Shown here: piece by piece, positions 12,701 to 26,149 of the stretch | Layout: every line of letters starts with the position of its first letter | How positions within the stretch are numbered: position 1 is the first letter of the stretch | NCBI GenBank assembly: GCA_044892525.1 | Contig: CM097885.1 | Location: forward strand, 37,510,001 to 37,574,000 | Origin: Schmidtea polychroa | Taxonomy: Eukaryota | Reading direction: 5' to 3' | DNA: 64,000 nt | Translations under genes and position numbers: made by a program | Notes under the pieces: generated by a model | What the model was told of the DNA's origin: nothing | The model's database searches: none | The model's input: only the letters and a program-made list of their open reading frames with translations

Positions 12701-15700
12701 TGAAAGTCCATTGGTTTCTTGATAATGTCATAGTAGTCTGGAAGATCTTTGCGCGATGGAAGCTTCATAAATGGCTCACTTAAAACTCTTCCATCCCTGT
12801 AGAATGTTTTTATGGACTTTTTTTATATATCGTGTTTCATACTTATCACGATAATCGATAACGATATTGAGAAGCATTTGCATCCTTTTCATCAGTTTAC
12901 TCGAAATTGGGGCACTTGGGGTGGAGCTTAAGCTACCTGGAGGACGACCGCGACCCCGTTTAACGGGAGGAGTTGGAGCAGGTGGTTTGGATGATTCATC
13001 TTCTGAGCTTCCTTCATTGATCTAATACAAATTTGACAATAAGGATTTGATTTGATTGATTTTGTTCTATTTTTAACGATTTAATTTTGAATCAATCGAT
13101 TTTTAGCAATTTCCAAATTTAAACATCAATAATTTGGATTGATTTATCGCTTATCATTAATTCTATTATAATTTCAATAAAACATAAAATTATTGATTAT
13201 CTTCATAAAAATAAAAATCAATATATTTGAATTTCGTAAAATTGAGAAATCGAAAAATATCGCTAGTTTACTTAATATTTATAATTAAACTTATTGATTA
13301 AGTCCTCAAAAAATCCGCCTCCTCATTTTCAATAGAAAATGAAACCAAACTAAAAAATTAAAATATTATTCTTATTTTCCAATAATTAGTAATTATTTTG
13401 TAATCCTAAAAATCAATAAATTTAGTTTTATAAAAATCGAATTCAAAAAATCACAAATCCAATAATTATTGATTATTACTTTATTTTTTAAATATATTCT
13501 TTAATTGTACGTTGCTTCACTTACACCAATTAAATTTACTCACTTACATGTAATTTACATAAAACCATACGTTGAAGATTAAAATATGGATTTTCCAATA
13601 TTTTGTAAATTAATTAAGATAATTAATATCTGAAATCGATAAACATATTAATTTATCGATTATTAATATTTGTAATAGATTAATATATTGAGTTATAAAT
13701 TATTATTAATAATTTAAATAGATCAATATATTAATTTATCGATTATTAATATTTGTAATCTATTAAATAAGCGAATCTCACTGCCATTTTTAACGAAAAT
13801 GTGTGATATATCAAAAATTTTAAAAATAATTGAAAAATCTTACTTTTCTTTTCCGTTTCATTTTACGATTTCTCTGGTTATCTGCGTCTTCTTCGGCTTC
13901 AGCTTCGTCGATCGCTTTTAGGAATTCATGCTCCATCAAAGCATCGGAATAATCTACTTCTTTCCGATTTCTTTTCCCGATATAGTCGTCCTGCACCTGT
14001 TGAACCTCCTCATCCAAACTGTCGTGATAATCGATATTTTCCGGAATTTCATCCGCCACCAACAAACGGTTCTTATGAACGGCTTTATTCTTTTCCGCCA
14101 ACTCCCGCTCAATATCCATTCGTTGATAGATTTCGAATTCCTCCTCGCTTCTAGCGAGCATCTGATTAATCGTTTCATCATCAGGACACTCGTCCTCATC
14201 GTCTTCCGATTCATCCTGATCCAGAAGCGCTTTCAAATAGGTTTTACGATCTTTATCTGTGGATTTCTGGTCGAACATTCCCGCTTGGATGACTTTTTCA
14301 TCGACATTCAACTTGAATCTGGCCGCTGCAAGGATTTTCTCTTCAATCGAATTGATCATGATCAATCTCAGAACGCGAACTTCATTCTGCTGGCCAATAC
14401 GATGAGCTCTATCTTGTGCTTGCAGATCCTGATGCGGATTCCAATCGGAATCGAATATGATAACGGTGTCTGCTGACTGCAAATTGAGACCCAATCCTCC
14501 TGCTCGAGTCGACAACATGAAGATGAAGAACTCGGAATTCGGCTTATTAAATGCGCATAACAAGTCTCCTCGATCTTCTGATTTAGTCGTGCCATCCAAT
14601 CTGAGATATTTGAAGCAGCGGTATTCCAGATAAGGCTGGAACAGAACATCGGGCACAATCAATACAATACCAACTACAAATTCACTATCACCTCCATCAG
14701 ATCCATTAAATGCGTCATTTGACAAAACATCAACACTCGATGTTTGGCACGCTTCAATTTCGGTAGAATACGATCGAGCAGTTCAAATTTACCCGAAGCT
14801 CTATAGAGATCAGCTCCGTGGATCTCTTTAGGAATGGGAACATTCGGCGGTGGATTTCCATTATGCATTTTCATGAATACATGTTTTGCATATTCGATTT
14901 CCACCTCAGGAAACATATACGGGTGATTACAGATTTTTCTCAATTGCATCAGCACATTGGACCACAACCGCTCGGTTCGAGCCTATTTATATTTATTTCA
15001 ATTCAATTCCGGTAACGTAACCGTTATTATGCACATAATCAATAAATAAATATTTTTAATCAATTGTGACAAATCATTCATTAATTAATTAATATAAATA
15101 ATTTATAATGATTAATAAATAAAATAATAATTGAATATTTTTAAGAATAATTATCAATAATAAAAAATCATTCATTGATTTTTAAAATAATTTATTAAAT
15201 AATTTAGTAACTAAAATAAATAATATTGAATGTTAAAATTAATTGTGGCAAATAGTTTCGTAATCAATAAATATTATTCATAATTAATATAAATTCATAT
15301 TCAACAAATATTATTCATGATTAATAAATAATATTCACAATTAATAAATATTATTCAAAATTAATAAATATTATGCATAATCAATAAACATTATTCATAA
15401 TCAATAAAAATTCACCATTAATAAATATTATTCAAAATCAATAAATATTATTCGTAATCAATAAATGTTATTCATGATTAATAAATAATATTCATAATAA
15501 TTAAATATTATTCATAATTAATAAACATTGTTCTTAATTAATAAACATTATTCATAATTAATGAACATTATTTGTAATCAATAAATATTCATATTCAATA
15601 AATATTATTCGTAATCAATAAATGTTATTCATGATTAATAAATAATATTCATAATAATTAAATATTATTCATAATTAATAAACATTATTCATAATTAATG

Positions 15701-18700
15701 AACATTATTTGTAATCAATAAATATTCATATTCAATAAATATTATTCATAATTAAGTAATCACCAAATATTATCCGTAATCAATAAATATTATTCATGAT
15801 TAATAAATAATATTCATAATTAATAAATATTATTCATAATTAATAAACATTTTTCGTAATCAATATTCATAATCAATAAATATTATTCATGATTAATAAA
15901 TAATATTCATAATAATTAAATATTACTCATAATTAATAAACATGATGCATAATTAATGAACATTATTCGAATCAATAAATATTATTCATAATTAATAAAT
16001 ATTATTCATAATTTATAAATATTATTCATAATTAATAAATATTATTCATAATTAATAAATATTATTCATAATTAATAAATAATATACATAATCAATAAAC
16101 ATTATTCATAATTAATAAATATTATTCATGATTAATAAATATTATTCATTATTATTAATTATTATGCATGATTAATAAAAATCGCATAAAATTATCGAAT
16201 GTCAATTCAAGAAAATTACTTTTTTATCTTTATCCACGGATTTCAAAATTGCACGTTTTGACTGGATATTCGAATAAACTTTTCTCTGAAGTGCGGACAT
16301 TTCACATTTAATGACATATTCGACTTTTTCCGGCAGCTGATTTTCGACTTCTTTTTTTAAGCGTCTCAACAGAAACGGCCTGAGAACTTTATGCAATCGA
16401 CGAATAATCAATAGAGTTTCTTCTTGGTTTAATTCCACTTTTTCACCACTCGATGCGAACGGAGCATTGAACCATTGCTCGAATGTGTTGACACTTTTGA
16501 ATATGTTCGGCAACAGGAAATTTAGAAGTGCCCACAATTCCGGTAATTTGTTTTGCAAAGGTGTTCCAGTCAATAACAGACGGTAAGGAGCAATATAGAA
16601 GGTGTTTAATATTTGTGTTAATTTGCAATGGTGATTTTTCATACGGTGCCCTTCGTCGATAATCATATATTTCCATTTCACCTATTTAATCGATATCACA
16701 ACATATACCAAACCTATCAATATACCTTCGACAAACTGGATTTATCTTTTATAATGTATTCATACGTAGTAAGTAAAACGTTGAATTTTGAGGTTTTCAA
16801 TTGGGCTTGCAATTCTTTACGGATTTTAGGAGAACCTTTATATAAAATTTTCTTTACACTTGGTCCCCATTTCTCAAATTCCATTGCCCAATTAGACATT
16901 GTACTATTTAAACAGATAAACAGTAAAATTCTAACTCGGATAATAAACTAAAGTATTTTTAAAGTGCGCCAATTTAAAATTAGGCATTATTTAATCATAT
17001 TAATTTCCTTAATCTTTAATCTATATATTTCAAAATCTAATAATAATTTAGAAATTGATTTAATATTAATAAATAAATCAATTTTCTAAATAATTACTAT
17101 TTCCTTATTTACCATAAGAATAGTATTGAGTATTTTCATTTTTCTAGACCGTAATACAGCCGAATTGTGGCGGATATTATTAATAATATTTGCATATTGA
17201 TGATTTTTATAATTTGTGTTTCGATCATGAAGAAATTTTTAATTTCCTTTTACTTCATTTTTTTCAGATTATATATCTTGTTATATGTTGGACATGAGAT
17301 TGAAATGAAATAGAGATAAAGAAAATAGATCAGATGAAAATTTTTCCAATATATTATCTATTTCATTTGTTAGACTTTATTTCTCTGTTTAAAAATTAAA
17401 AAATAGATTATTGATTTTTATACCTATTATTTAAACATCTCACTAAATGAGATTTAAGCAAAAAAATAACAAATTTTTCGAAATAATATTAAAAATGTAA
17501 AATTGTATTTGAATTAAATTCAAATTAACCTAAACAGAATTTATAAAGTGCTAAAATTTTGGTTTCCAAAACGATGCTCAATTTTCAGTTACAAGAATAA
17601 TTCAATGTGATTGGCTAATTTTAAGACAGAAATTTTTTTAAAACAATTATTTCCCTAACGAAAGAATTTACCAATTTTGATTGGATGAAATTACTAGAGA
17701 TAAAAAATTTTTCCAAGTTTTGCAACGACAAATAATTAAATTCAATTGTAATTTCAATCTTCGGTTATACTTAGATAAAAGTGCAAAAGAGATAAATGTG
17801 TAAAAAACTAAGAAATTTCAAGTTAATTTTCTGTAACGTTTTTTGCTATTTTTCATTAAATATTTCGGTTTATAATTACAAATTTTTAAATTATCTCAAA
17901 TGCTAATTTTACTAAATTTGATGTTGTATTTCAAGAAATATTGAAAGTTCAGATTTAATTAACCTCTGGTCTGATCATGGATTCCATAACATATCCGGTA
18001 AACTTGGATCGAATTGGCACAAAATATATTTGAATGGGAACAATTATTATAAGTTTGTTTAGTTATCATTGAAATTGAATAATTTATTTAAATATATATA
18101 AAACTGAATGAAATAAGCAAACTGATATTAATTTTGTTAATAAACATTCTTTTGTGCTCTACTTTAATGTAATATTGATTATAATGTTGGGAAATGTTTC
18201 TTTTCGGTTATTTATCGTTGAATTTTTTTTAACGGAAATATGCATTTAGATGAGGCGATATCAACAAAATGAATGAAAAATTTAACAAACCATATGATAC
18301 ATATTTGATCGAAGCCCTTGATCACTATAGTTGGTCATTAGGTAACACTATAGAAGATATTAGTAGTGGACATGAATGATAAACTGCCCGAGTGGTGTCT
18401 TTTGTGCTCTACAATACAATATTGACTATAATGTTGCTTTTCTGTTTTTTATCGCTTGTGTTTAATTTTATAACAGAAACATGTATTAGATGAGGCAATA
18501 TCGACAAAATGAAGAGTTTAACAAACTATTTTATCGGGATTTATCCAAACCTTTGATTGCTGTTATTGATTAATAGGTGACACAAATAAATATAAAGAGC
18601 GTGTTAGATAAATAATCAATTAATTCATGTTTTGTTGTTTTTAATTGATAAATCAATAAATTCTAAAGGATTATCACAAATTGAGTGAAAATATATTTAA

Positions 18701-21700
18701 ATTTATATTTTTAAATCGAATTTGAAATCGAAAAAATTGATAAAAATGCTATAAATAACAAAAAATGAGATTGGTGAATTAAGTTATTCCTTAAAATAGC
18801 CAATTACACACTATCCATCATCACTTTCATTATATTGATATATGGTGCATTTTTTAGATTTGTCACGGTTCTTTATGGTATTAATAACGTTGCTGATTCT
18901 TTGTGTTACTGATTTCGATACTATAGGAGATTTTAGTAGCGAACATGAATGAAAGATATTCCGAGTGGTATTTTTGTTTCCAATCGTTTTTGGTGCCCTA
19001 CTCGAATAAAATATTGATTGTAATGTGAAATAATGTTGCTTTTCTGTTATTTATAGTCTGTTTTTAGTTTTATCGATAAAATGAATAAAGAATTTAACAA
19101 ACCATTTGAACGCGATGTATTCAAACTTTTGATCGATATTATTGGTTAATTGGTCATACAAATAAATATAAAGAGTTTATTAGATAAATAATCAATTAAT
19201 GCATTAAATTTTGTAAAAATCAATAAAATTATAAGTTTAATATATATAATCGATTTACTGTCAGAAATATCTAATAAGTGGATAGAATATCACTGGGGGA
19301 GGTTTAAGCACAGAAAATCAATAAACGGTATAAAATACTGATCATAATAAAATCCTTGGAATAGGATTTGACAGCAGAGGATATGACGCAGCGTGGTATA
19401 TCTAGGAGTGAAGAGAAAGCCCATTGATTGAACACTCACCTAGCCAATAGATATTTCAATGTGATCTATTGGTATACTGAGTTCATCTGTAATGGGTAGC
19501 TGTCAATATGTTAATCCGATAAAACATCATTGGAAATGTATTGGTATGTGTCAAACACAGAAAATCAATACACAAAATGAAACGTGCCGTTTTAATTGAC
19601 AGTTAAAACAAACAAAAATCCAAACCTATACGCAAGGGCTAGCCAATTAATTATAATCAAGCAATCGGTTTCTATTGGACAAAAGGTATTGGTAGAGATA
19701 TATTGGTTAATGGACCACCCTATGACAATGTAATGACATTATTATTGAAATCGATAAACGGCAAGCCATTGGAGATGCCCATATGAGCCTGATATTCTGC
19801 GCGCATTGCGTCCAGCAAATAATCTATAAAGGGAATCAAAGGGGGGGGGGGGAGTAACTCGGGATATATTCAATTATGCTATTGACATTTTATAATTATG
19901 CTAATGAAATACACTACTAATACTTACGATAGCGGGACGATAATTAGAAATGGACCGTTGACCTTCTTGCGTTCCATGAGGTACGTAATCAATCCAATAG
20001 TCTGGATGGTTTTCCCTAGACCCATTTCATCAGCCAATATGCCATTGAGATTGTTGTTATAGAGCGAGACGAGCCATTCAAGACCCTTCAATTGATACTG
20101 TTTCAGAGTTCCGTTTATTAGGATCGATGCCTGCTCCTTGATTTCCTCGTGATGGGAGTGAGCCAGTGCGTAATACGATTGGATGTGTGATTTATTATAC
20201 TCATCATCCTCAGTTCCAACATGGACATCGTCGTCATTATCGTCCTCTAATACTTCATCGTAGCCTTTCATTTCTTCGTCTTCCTGGAATATTTCCAATC
20301 CTTGTTCGTCTTTCAATGACAATCTCCATTCTTCGTGTTCTTTAATCCAGGCAATGAGATTTTTCGCTTGAGGTGATTCTTCTTCGAGTCTTTCGCGAGT
20401 TGTCGGATTGAATATCGGAATATGTTCATCCTGAGGTAGCAATGCGACATAGGACTCCAATTTGCCAGCGATTATGTCTCTTGTGATATTGTTCAATTCG
20501 TTTTGCGATTTATTGAATCTCTGTGTCAGATACGCTATTATACTGTCATACTTCATCTGGCTTCGTTTTTCTTCTCTTTCTTTCTTTTTACGATGAATTT
20601 GTTCTTTTTTATGATCTTTAACCAATTTCGTTAGACCAGCAATGAATTCATCGGTTTGTTGCAACAAATAATGTAATCGCATATCTTTCTTTTCGTCGAT
20701 TAATTTTCTATATCCCTCTTCGTCCTCAGCCATCAATCTTCTCATTCTTTCTCGTTCTAATCGCTCTTGTTCTTTACGTTTATCCCGCTCAGTGTTAGCA
20801 AAGTAATTCATGATTCCTCGATTGATTTTGTTTAATTTTGAGCTGCAATTTCTATGGAATTCTCTAAATTCTTTTGCGTGCAACAAAACAGCATTAAGGA
20901 ATTCTTGATGCTTTTGACGGCGACGTTTCTCTTGCTCATGTTTCATTTGCTTTTCTAATTTTTCTGTAAATCGTGCTTCTCTGAGAGTTTGTTTCTTCGG
21001 TCGACGATATGCTCGAACATTTAATGCCGTTTCTAATGAAGTGTCTTTTTTCATGACATTTAATATTTCCTGTCTTAGACTTCTTTGCAAACCCAACAGC
21101 CGCAATGCCTTTAACTCAATTTTGAGATTCATATTTTGTGAATTGGATAGAAATGCTGATTTGTTTGTCAATTCATCTATTCTTTGTATTATCCTTGCTT
21201 CAATTCTATTTTCTCGTTCTCTTAACAACTCTTCTGGATCTAATGCCTCTGGTCTTCGAGCTTGCTTAAATAAAGTTTTCCCACATGATGCTTTAATATC
21301 TCTCTGAACCCTTTGTAAAACATCATTATTATTAGAATTTGTTGTCGTTGCTGGATCAGCTTGCCTATTTGATATATTTTGTAACTGATTAAGTTTACCT
21401 TCAGCTGCCATTATAACTGCATTTGATACAGGATTAGACTTTGCTAGTAATTTATAAGCATTAATTTGCGCACGAAGTTGTAATAATTGATTGTTATCAA
21501 AAATTCCTTTTTTAGGAACAGTCGGTTGAGAAGCTGAACTAGCTTCAGGTGGCATAGAATTCTGGGGGAAATTGTTTACAGGAGGCATGTAGTTACCAGA
21601 ATTGACGTTAGAATTATTTTGATTTGGAATTTGCATAGTAGCTATAGGATTATTGATAGGTGCGTTTATAACCTGAATATTGGAACAAGTAGCTGGAGAA

Positions 21701-21747
21701 GCAGGCATTGGTTGATTTGGACCAAAACCATTGTTGTTTGCATACAT
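9727..21747 (-). CDS. brm: SWI/SNF chromatin-remodelling ATPase brahma (SMARCA2/4 orthologue), 9 coding exons, ~1449 aa
   Basis: Exons read by hand with GT-AG and consistent phase: 21747-19928, 16903-16726, 16681-16220, 14982-14692, 14635-13844, 13021-12843, 12796-12589, 12527-12356, 9974-9727 (sum 4350 nt). Domains: QLQ, HSA, BRK, SNF2 ATPase ([40 protein letters not shown]), SnAC (RKEVDYSD), AT-hook KRGRGRPP, bromodomain ([13 protein letters not shown]...NAQTYN). The last exon junction is less certain. Confidence 0.95.
10110..10560. repeat. Degenerate ~75-bp tandem repeats in the last brahma intron
   Basis: Recurring ATTGAATATCTATTATATTTTC...TTGAATATTGATTATATTTTAGG units. Confidence 0.7.
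11380..12330. repeat. Degenerate ~240-bp tandem repeats in the last brahma intron
   Basis: About 4 recurrences of GATAAATTTC...TGTGTAAAATCAATTATTT...TTATTAATTAA...AGAAATTCAATAAAA. Confidence 0.65.
15250..16165. repeat. ~19-20-bp AT-only minisatellite (TAATAAATATTATTCATAAT) in brahma intron 3
   Basis: Dozens of near-identical units read directly. Confidence 0.9.
18130..19230. repeat. Three degenerate internal duplications in brahma intron 1
   Basis: TTT(T/G)GTGC(T/C)CTAC...AATATTGA.T.TAATGT recurs near 18150, 18400 and 18990 with similar downstream sequence. Confidence 0.6.
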
Positions 21748-23535
21748 TATTGACTGATACTTCCTTTTTTAATTATTCGAAGATTTTACACCTAAACAAT
21801 ATGATTTACAATAAAATTTAAATTATACAATTAAAATAAAAATAAGAAAATAACAGACATATTTCTTGCTATAAATATAAATCAATTAAGACAATAAATT
21901 AAACTAATACTATCACAAAAAAATTTAATTAATTTAAAAAAAATTTAAAGTATAGTGTATACAATTTGATCAGACATGTTATAATTAATATTTAAACAAA
22001 CAAAATGTACAGAACGAATTGTATGCATTTAAATATTATAAAAATTAAAAACAGTAAATATAAAAGAAATTGAAATTTTTACTTTGAAGTAATTCTTATT
22101 TATCTTGAAATATTTTAATTGTATAATGAAAAGAATTTTTATATTATTAATTAATGAAGTCCGTATTTTAAGCAATAAATAATCAAGCAAAAAGAACAAA
22201 ATACTCAATTTAAACAAAGACTTTTCTTAAATTTTTATTATCATTACTACACACGAAAGATTATTAAATCCTAAGAGATAACGAAGGTCCAACGTTAAGA
22301 CTACTAAAAATAAATCGATCACACCCAATAGAACTTCTGGTATTACATGTTTATTATTTTGGTGCATCTTAGGGAGCTCTAAATTTAGCCTCTGTCCTGG
22401 GTACCAAAATACTTTCCTAAGGCCCTGGCTGACATGACTAGTTTATTAGGTGCTGCTTCAATCATATTTGTCTGACACTCCCCATTTTAACCGAGTTTTT
22501 TAAATTAAGTTTCTTATTTAGTCACACAAGGCATATAGATGTGGAACAAAAAAGTAAATTTTTTAGGAAACCAAATAAAAAATATCATAAATCATCAAGT
22601 AAGATACCTTTTTATATTATCACTCAAATTAACTAAACAATCTATCTTGGCCCAGAATAAGTTTTAATACAAACTGGGCGGCCGATCAACGTGTTACTGA
22701 TCTTCATTGAAACATATTATAATACAATGCACTTCTCTTTATGTATTATAATTGTTATGTATCGTAACAAATGTATACGAAAGGCAGTGTCAAATACCAA
22801 ATTGTTTACTTTCTACTTAGAAATTTAATTATATATAATATTAGAGTTTCTAATACTAATTATCGTTTGTAGAAAAAACCGATCACAGTTTTCAAAACAG
22901 ATAATTGAATTTTCAATTTTTGTTTAACAATTTTATTCATAACCAAGACTTTCAAACATTAAATCACCTTGCTTTTGTACAAATTTCTTTTATGGGTTCT
23001 AATCATCACTGGTTTATTAAAAATGTTTGAGCAGGGATTCGGTCTTATCTGTGAGTTCTAATGGATATGAATCCGAATGACTTTCCAAATTTCGCCAGTG
23101 TTCGGCCTAAATTTAATAGTGTCATTTTTCTCAGAAGCATCTAAATGTTGGGGTTCAGTAGGAACCGGAATTGAAGGTTCAAAATTAAATAATAATTAAT
23201 TAGAAGTATGATAGAAATAGTAATTAAAAATTACCTAAAATAGAAATTAAATACTAAAATTAAAACTAAAATATAATTAGTAATAAATAATTACTAAAAA
23301 TAGAATTATAGAAATTATTTAAAAATATATAATAAAAATAGTAATTAAACAATTACTATTAATAGAATTAGGTAAGTAAAAAAAATTATATAAATAGCAG
23401 ATGAAAATTAGATTGAGGGAGGAGAGAAAACGATCGGATTAAAAGTAGTTCAAAGCAAAAGTCGACCTAAATCAAAACTGATTAGCTCGCATTAAGAGAC
23501 AGATAGATACAGATAATCATTTAACAGACTTAGTC

Positions 23536-24228
23536 AGTAGGGTATTGTGTGGAGTCGGGAACAAAGACATATGACGTCATCAATGACGTCACAAAGACAT
23601 ATGAGTCATACCCCCAGAGGAGAATTTTTTAAAACAAAGACCATGACTCATCGTGATGACTCATCGTGATGACTCATCGTGGTGACTCATCGTGGTGACT
23701 CATCGTGATTACTCACCGTGATGACTCATCAAGGTCATATTATTATTTTTAAAAAATATTATTATTTTATTTTTAAATATTTTCAAAGTTCCCGCCAACG
23801 AAAATTATTCATCGATAGCTCATTTTAAAGCTCAATCCAAGACCTTTCGAATGAGCTATTGAAGGTATCATCATCATTAATATTGACAAAGTTATTAACA
23901 AATGATGACCACCTTATTTTCATAGTGAAATTATTATTATTATTCAAAATATTATTAGTGGTCCAGCGGAGTCCTGGTTTTCGTTTGCCCAAAAGTTATC
24001 GTTCCAATCATTTAATTTCATTGTTCGATAGCTCATTTTAAAGCTTAGTGCAAGACCTTTCGAATGAGCTATTGAAGGTATCATCATCATTAATATTGAC
24101 AAAGTTATTATCGTTTTCCCGAGACCATTTTCAAGGTCATATAATTATTATTAATCTATATACTCCGAGTCTATCCGACAAAATATTCTGTCCCTCTATG
24201 GGTACAGTTCGTAAGGGTACTGGTCACG
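23536..24228 (+). mobile_element. Terminal module 1 (putative Polinton-like terminus) with CRE/AP-1 array
   Basis: Begins AGTAG. Contains two TGACGTCA sites and 13-bp GTG(A/G)TGACTCATC tandem units. From CAAGGTCATATTATT to GGGTACTGGTCACG it matches 56210-56713 on both sides of the gap there. Confidence 0.55.
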
Positions 24229-24446
24229 NNNNNNNNNNNNNNNNNNNNNNNNNNNNNNNNNNNNNNNNNNNNNNNNNNNNNNNNNNNNNNNNNNNNNNNN
24301 NNNNNNNNNNNNNNNNNNNNNNNNNNNNNNNNNNNNNNNNNNNNNNNNNNNNNNNNNNNNNNNNNNNNNNNNNNNNNNNNNNNNNNACCAATATGAATAT
24401 AGTTTTCAATGTGTATCAAATCAAAACTCCTATTTTATAGTCTATC

Positions 24447-24480
24447 AACCAATCAAAATCATATGGTAGTAATATAAATA
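24447..24480 (+). promoter_or_regulatory. CCAAT box + TATA box of the Bcl-2-like gene
   Basis: AACCAATCAAAATCA at 24447-24461 and TATAAATA at 24473-24480, about 30 bp before the ATG. Confidence 0.5.
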
Positions 24481-24508
24481 AAGCAGTATATTTTAAATTA
24501 ATTTAGAA

Positions 24509-25037
24509 ATGTCGCAACCAAATTTTAGTGAAAATGTTCTAAACGGAATTGTCACCGCGAATATAGTCGACAGCCTCAATTTCCTGATCAATCGAACTGA
24601 ACAAATCATTGAAGGTGAACATATCGATTATCAACAAATGATGGAGATAGAATCCCTGGAAACCAAGAAGTTATACTTCAATAGAATATTTCAGTGTCTT
24701 TTCGATGAAGACATGAAATGGACAAGGATAATTGTAGGATTCACCTACATGAAGATAATCATTGCAAAAGGTCAACATGACTCAGAACATTATTATCAGT
24801 GGTCTTTAGAAGTAAGATTTCTTTTATAATCTATATTTTATTAATATTCATTTCTAGATAATCAAGTCCAAGTTTACCCCATGGATAGAAGCCAATGGCG
24901 GATGGGGTGTATTAAATAAACTGGCCTGCAATTTTAAAGAAACTGATGAAATCAAAAGAAAAATGAAAAACTATATAAAACTTACAACTGGAGTTGTTAT
25001 AATGTATATTTTCTGTAGATATATGAATAAAAATTAA
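24509..25037 (+). CDS. Bcl-2 family protein, 160 aa, two exons (24509-24811, 24858-25037)
   Basis: 46-bp phase-0 GTAAGA...TTCTAG intron. BH1-like LFDEDMKWTRIIVGF in exon 1; BH2 FTPWIEANGGWG and hydrophobic tail LTTGVVIMYIFC in exon 2. Confidence 0.85.
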
Positions 25038-25419
25038 TGTTATTGTTTTTTAATAGTATATTTAAATGAAAATAATTCAATTTTAAAATTTATTAACACA
25101 TTCGTAATCGTCATCTCCACATTTCATTATATTTTCAACGACATGATCAATACAATCATTATTAATATTATCTTTAGGTTCCTCTATAGGTTCATAGATT
25201 TCTGGAAATCAATGATTTCAAATCATCTTATTTGTATAAAAACTTTCCATATTAACTGACGTGTTATTTTTTGTAAATAAAAGAAAAAAAGTCCAATTTT
25301 GTATAATGCCCCAAATATTTATTATATACATGCATTTTTTTCAATTCTCTTCCCTCCTAGAAAAATTGTCTACTTGGTAAAAAATATTTTTGCCGCATCC
25401 CGCCCATGCTTGAACATAG

Positions 25420-26080
25420 ATAGCACTTCATATAATCTCATCTTTTATTAATTCTTTATTAACTTGGTCCAAAAGCTCTTAGTTTTCTATAAGGACCTTT
25501 TGCATGAATCGAAATAAGTGTTAATCATATGGTGCAATATCTGGTGAATACACTGGGTTGAGAAACTCATCTTAAGAAAAATTCAAAGCTTTTCCCACGT
25601 GGTTAAAGAGACGTAAGGTATAGCGCTGTCGTTATGGAATACAAAGCTTTTTTTCTTCAATGACTATCTTCAAATTTTCTACTTATTTGAATCAATGACC
25701 TAGGGATGAAGCAGAAACTCATAATACCGAATTTCTAGCCTTTTCTACTAGATATAGAGCATAACTTTCTTCAGATGAAGGCAACCTTTAAAAGTAGATA
25801 GTGACGATTGATGTTATTTCCGCTATAATGTTTTCACACCACATTGCTGTACTGAATTAAATTTTCATTCCCAGTTACTATATGCTTTAAAAACGTTTGT
25901 TTTTATTCAGTTTGTATATCGAATCTAATATGAAAATGATATCAATGAAACTATTCTTGGTTAGAAAATGCCGCACACCACATATCTTTGAGATTTACCT
26001 ATCCGGGCTTCACAAAAGGATCGTGAATTTAGGAATTGAATTGCTCTAACATCTATCTTAACTCATTCGCTGCATTGTGA
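25420..26080 (-). mobile_element. mariner transposase remnant
   Basis: Degraded FLKHIVTGNE, LHLKKVML, FHNDSAIPYV and VYSPDIAPYD*HLF correspond to mariner IVTGDE, HDNARPH and YSPDLAPSD motifs. Confidence 0.75.
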
Positions 26081-26149
26081 TAATTACATAAATTAACACT
26101 ATTTTTCGTTGGGTTGATGTTTCACCTGTATGAAGAACGAATATCGTTA

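Noticed and set aside
9711-16951. Plus-strand ORFs antisense to brahma exons (e.g. 9711-9986, 12364-12783, 13928-14476) and antisense ORFs inside PolB and the transposases
   Set aside because: Shadow ORFs of real coding strands with no independent motifs.
23640-23735. Regular repeats suggesting a CRISPR array
   Set aside because: Head-to-tail units without unique spacers, no cas genes, and a spliced eukaryotic context.
25083-25208. 41-codon minus-strand stretch (FPEIYEPIEEP...YECVNKF*) converging on the Bcl-2 gene
   Set aside because: Could be the 3' end of a truncated neighbouring element gene, but it has an in-frame upstream stop, no splice acceptor and no recognisable motif.
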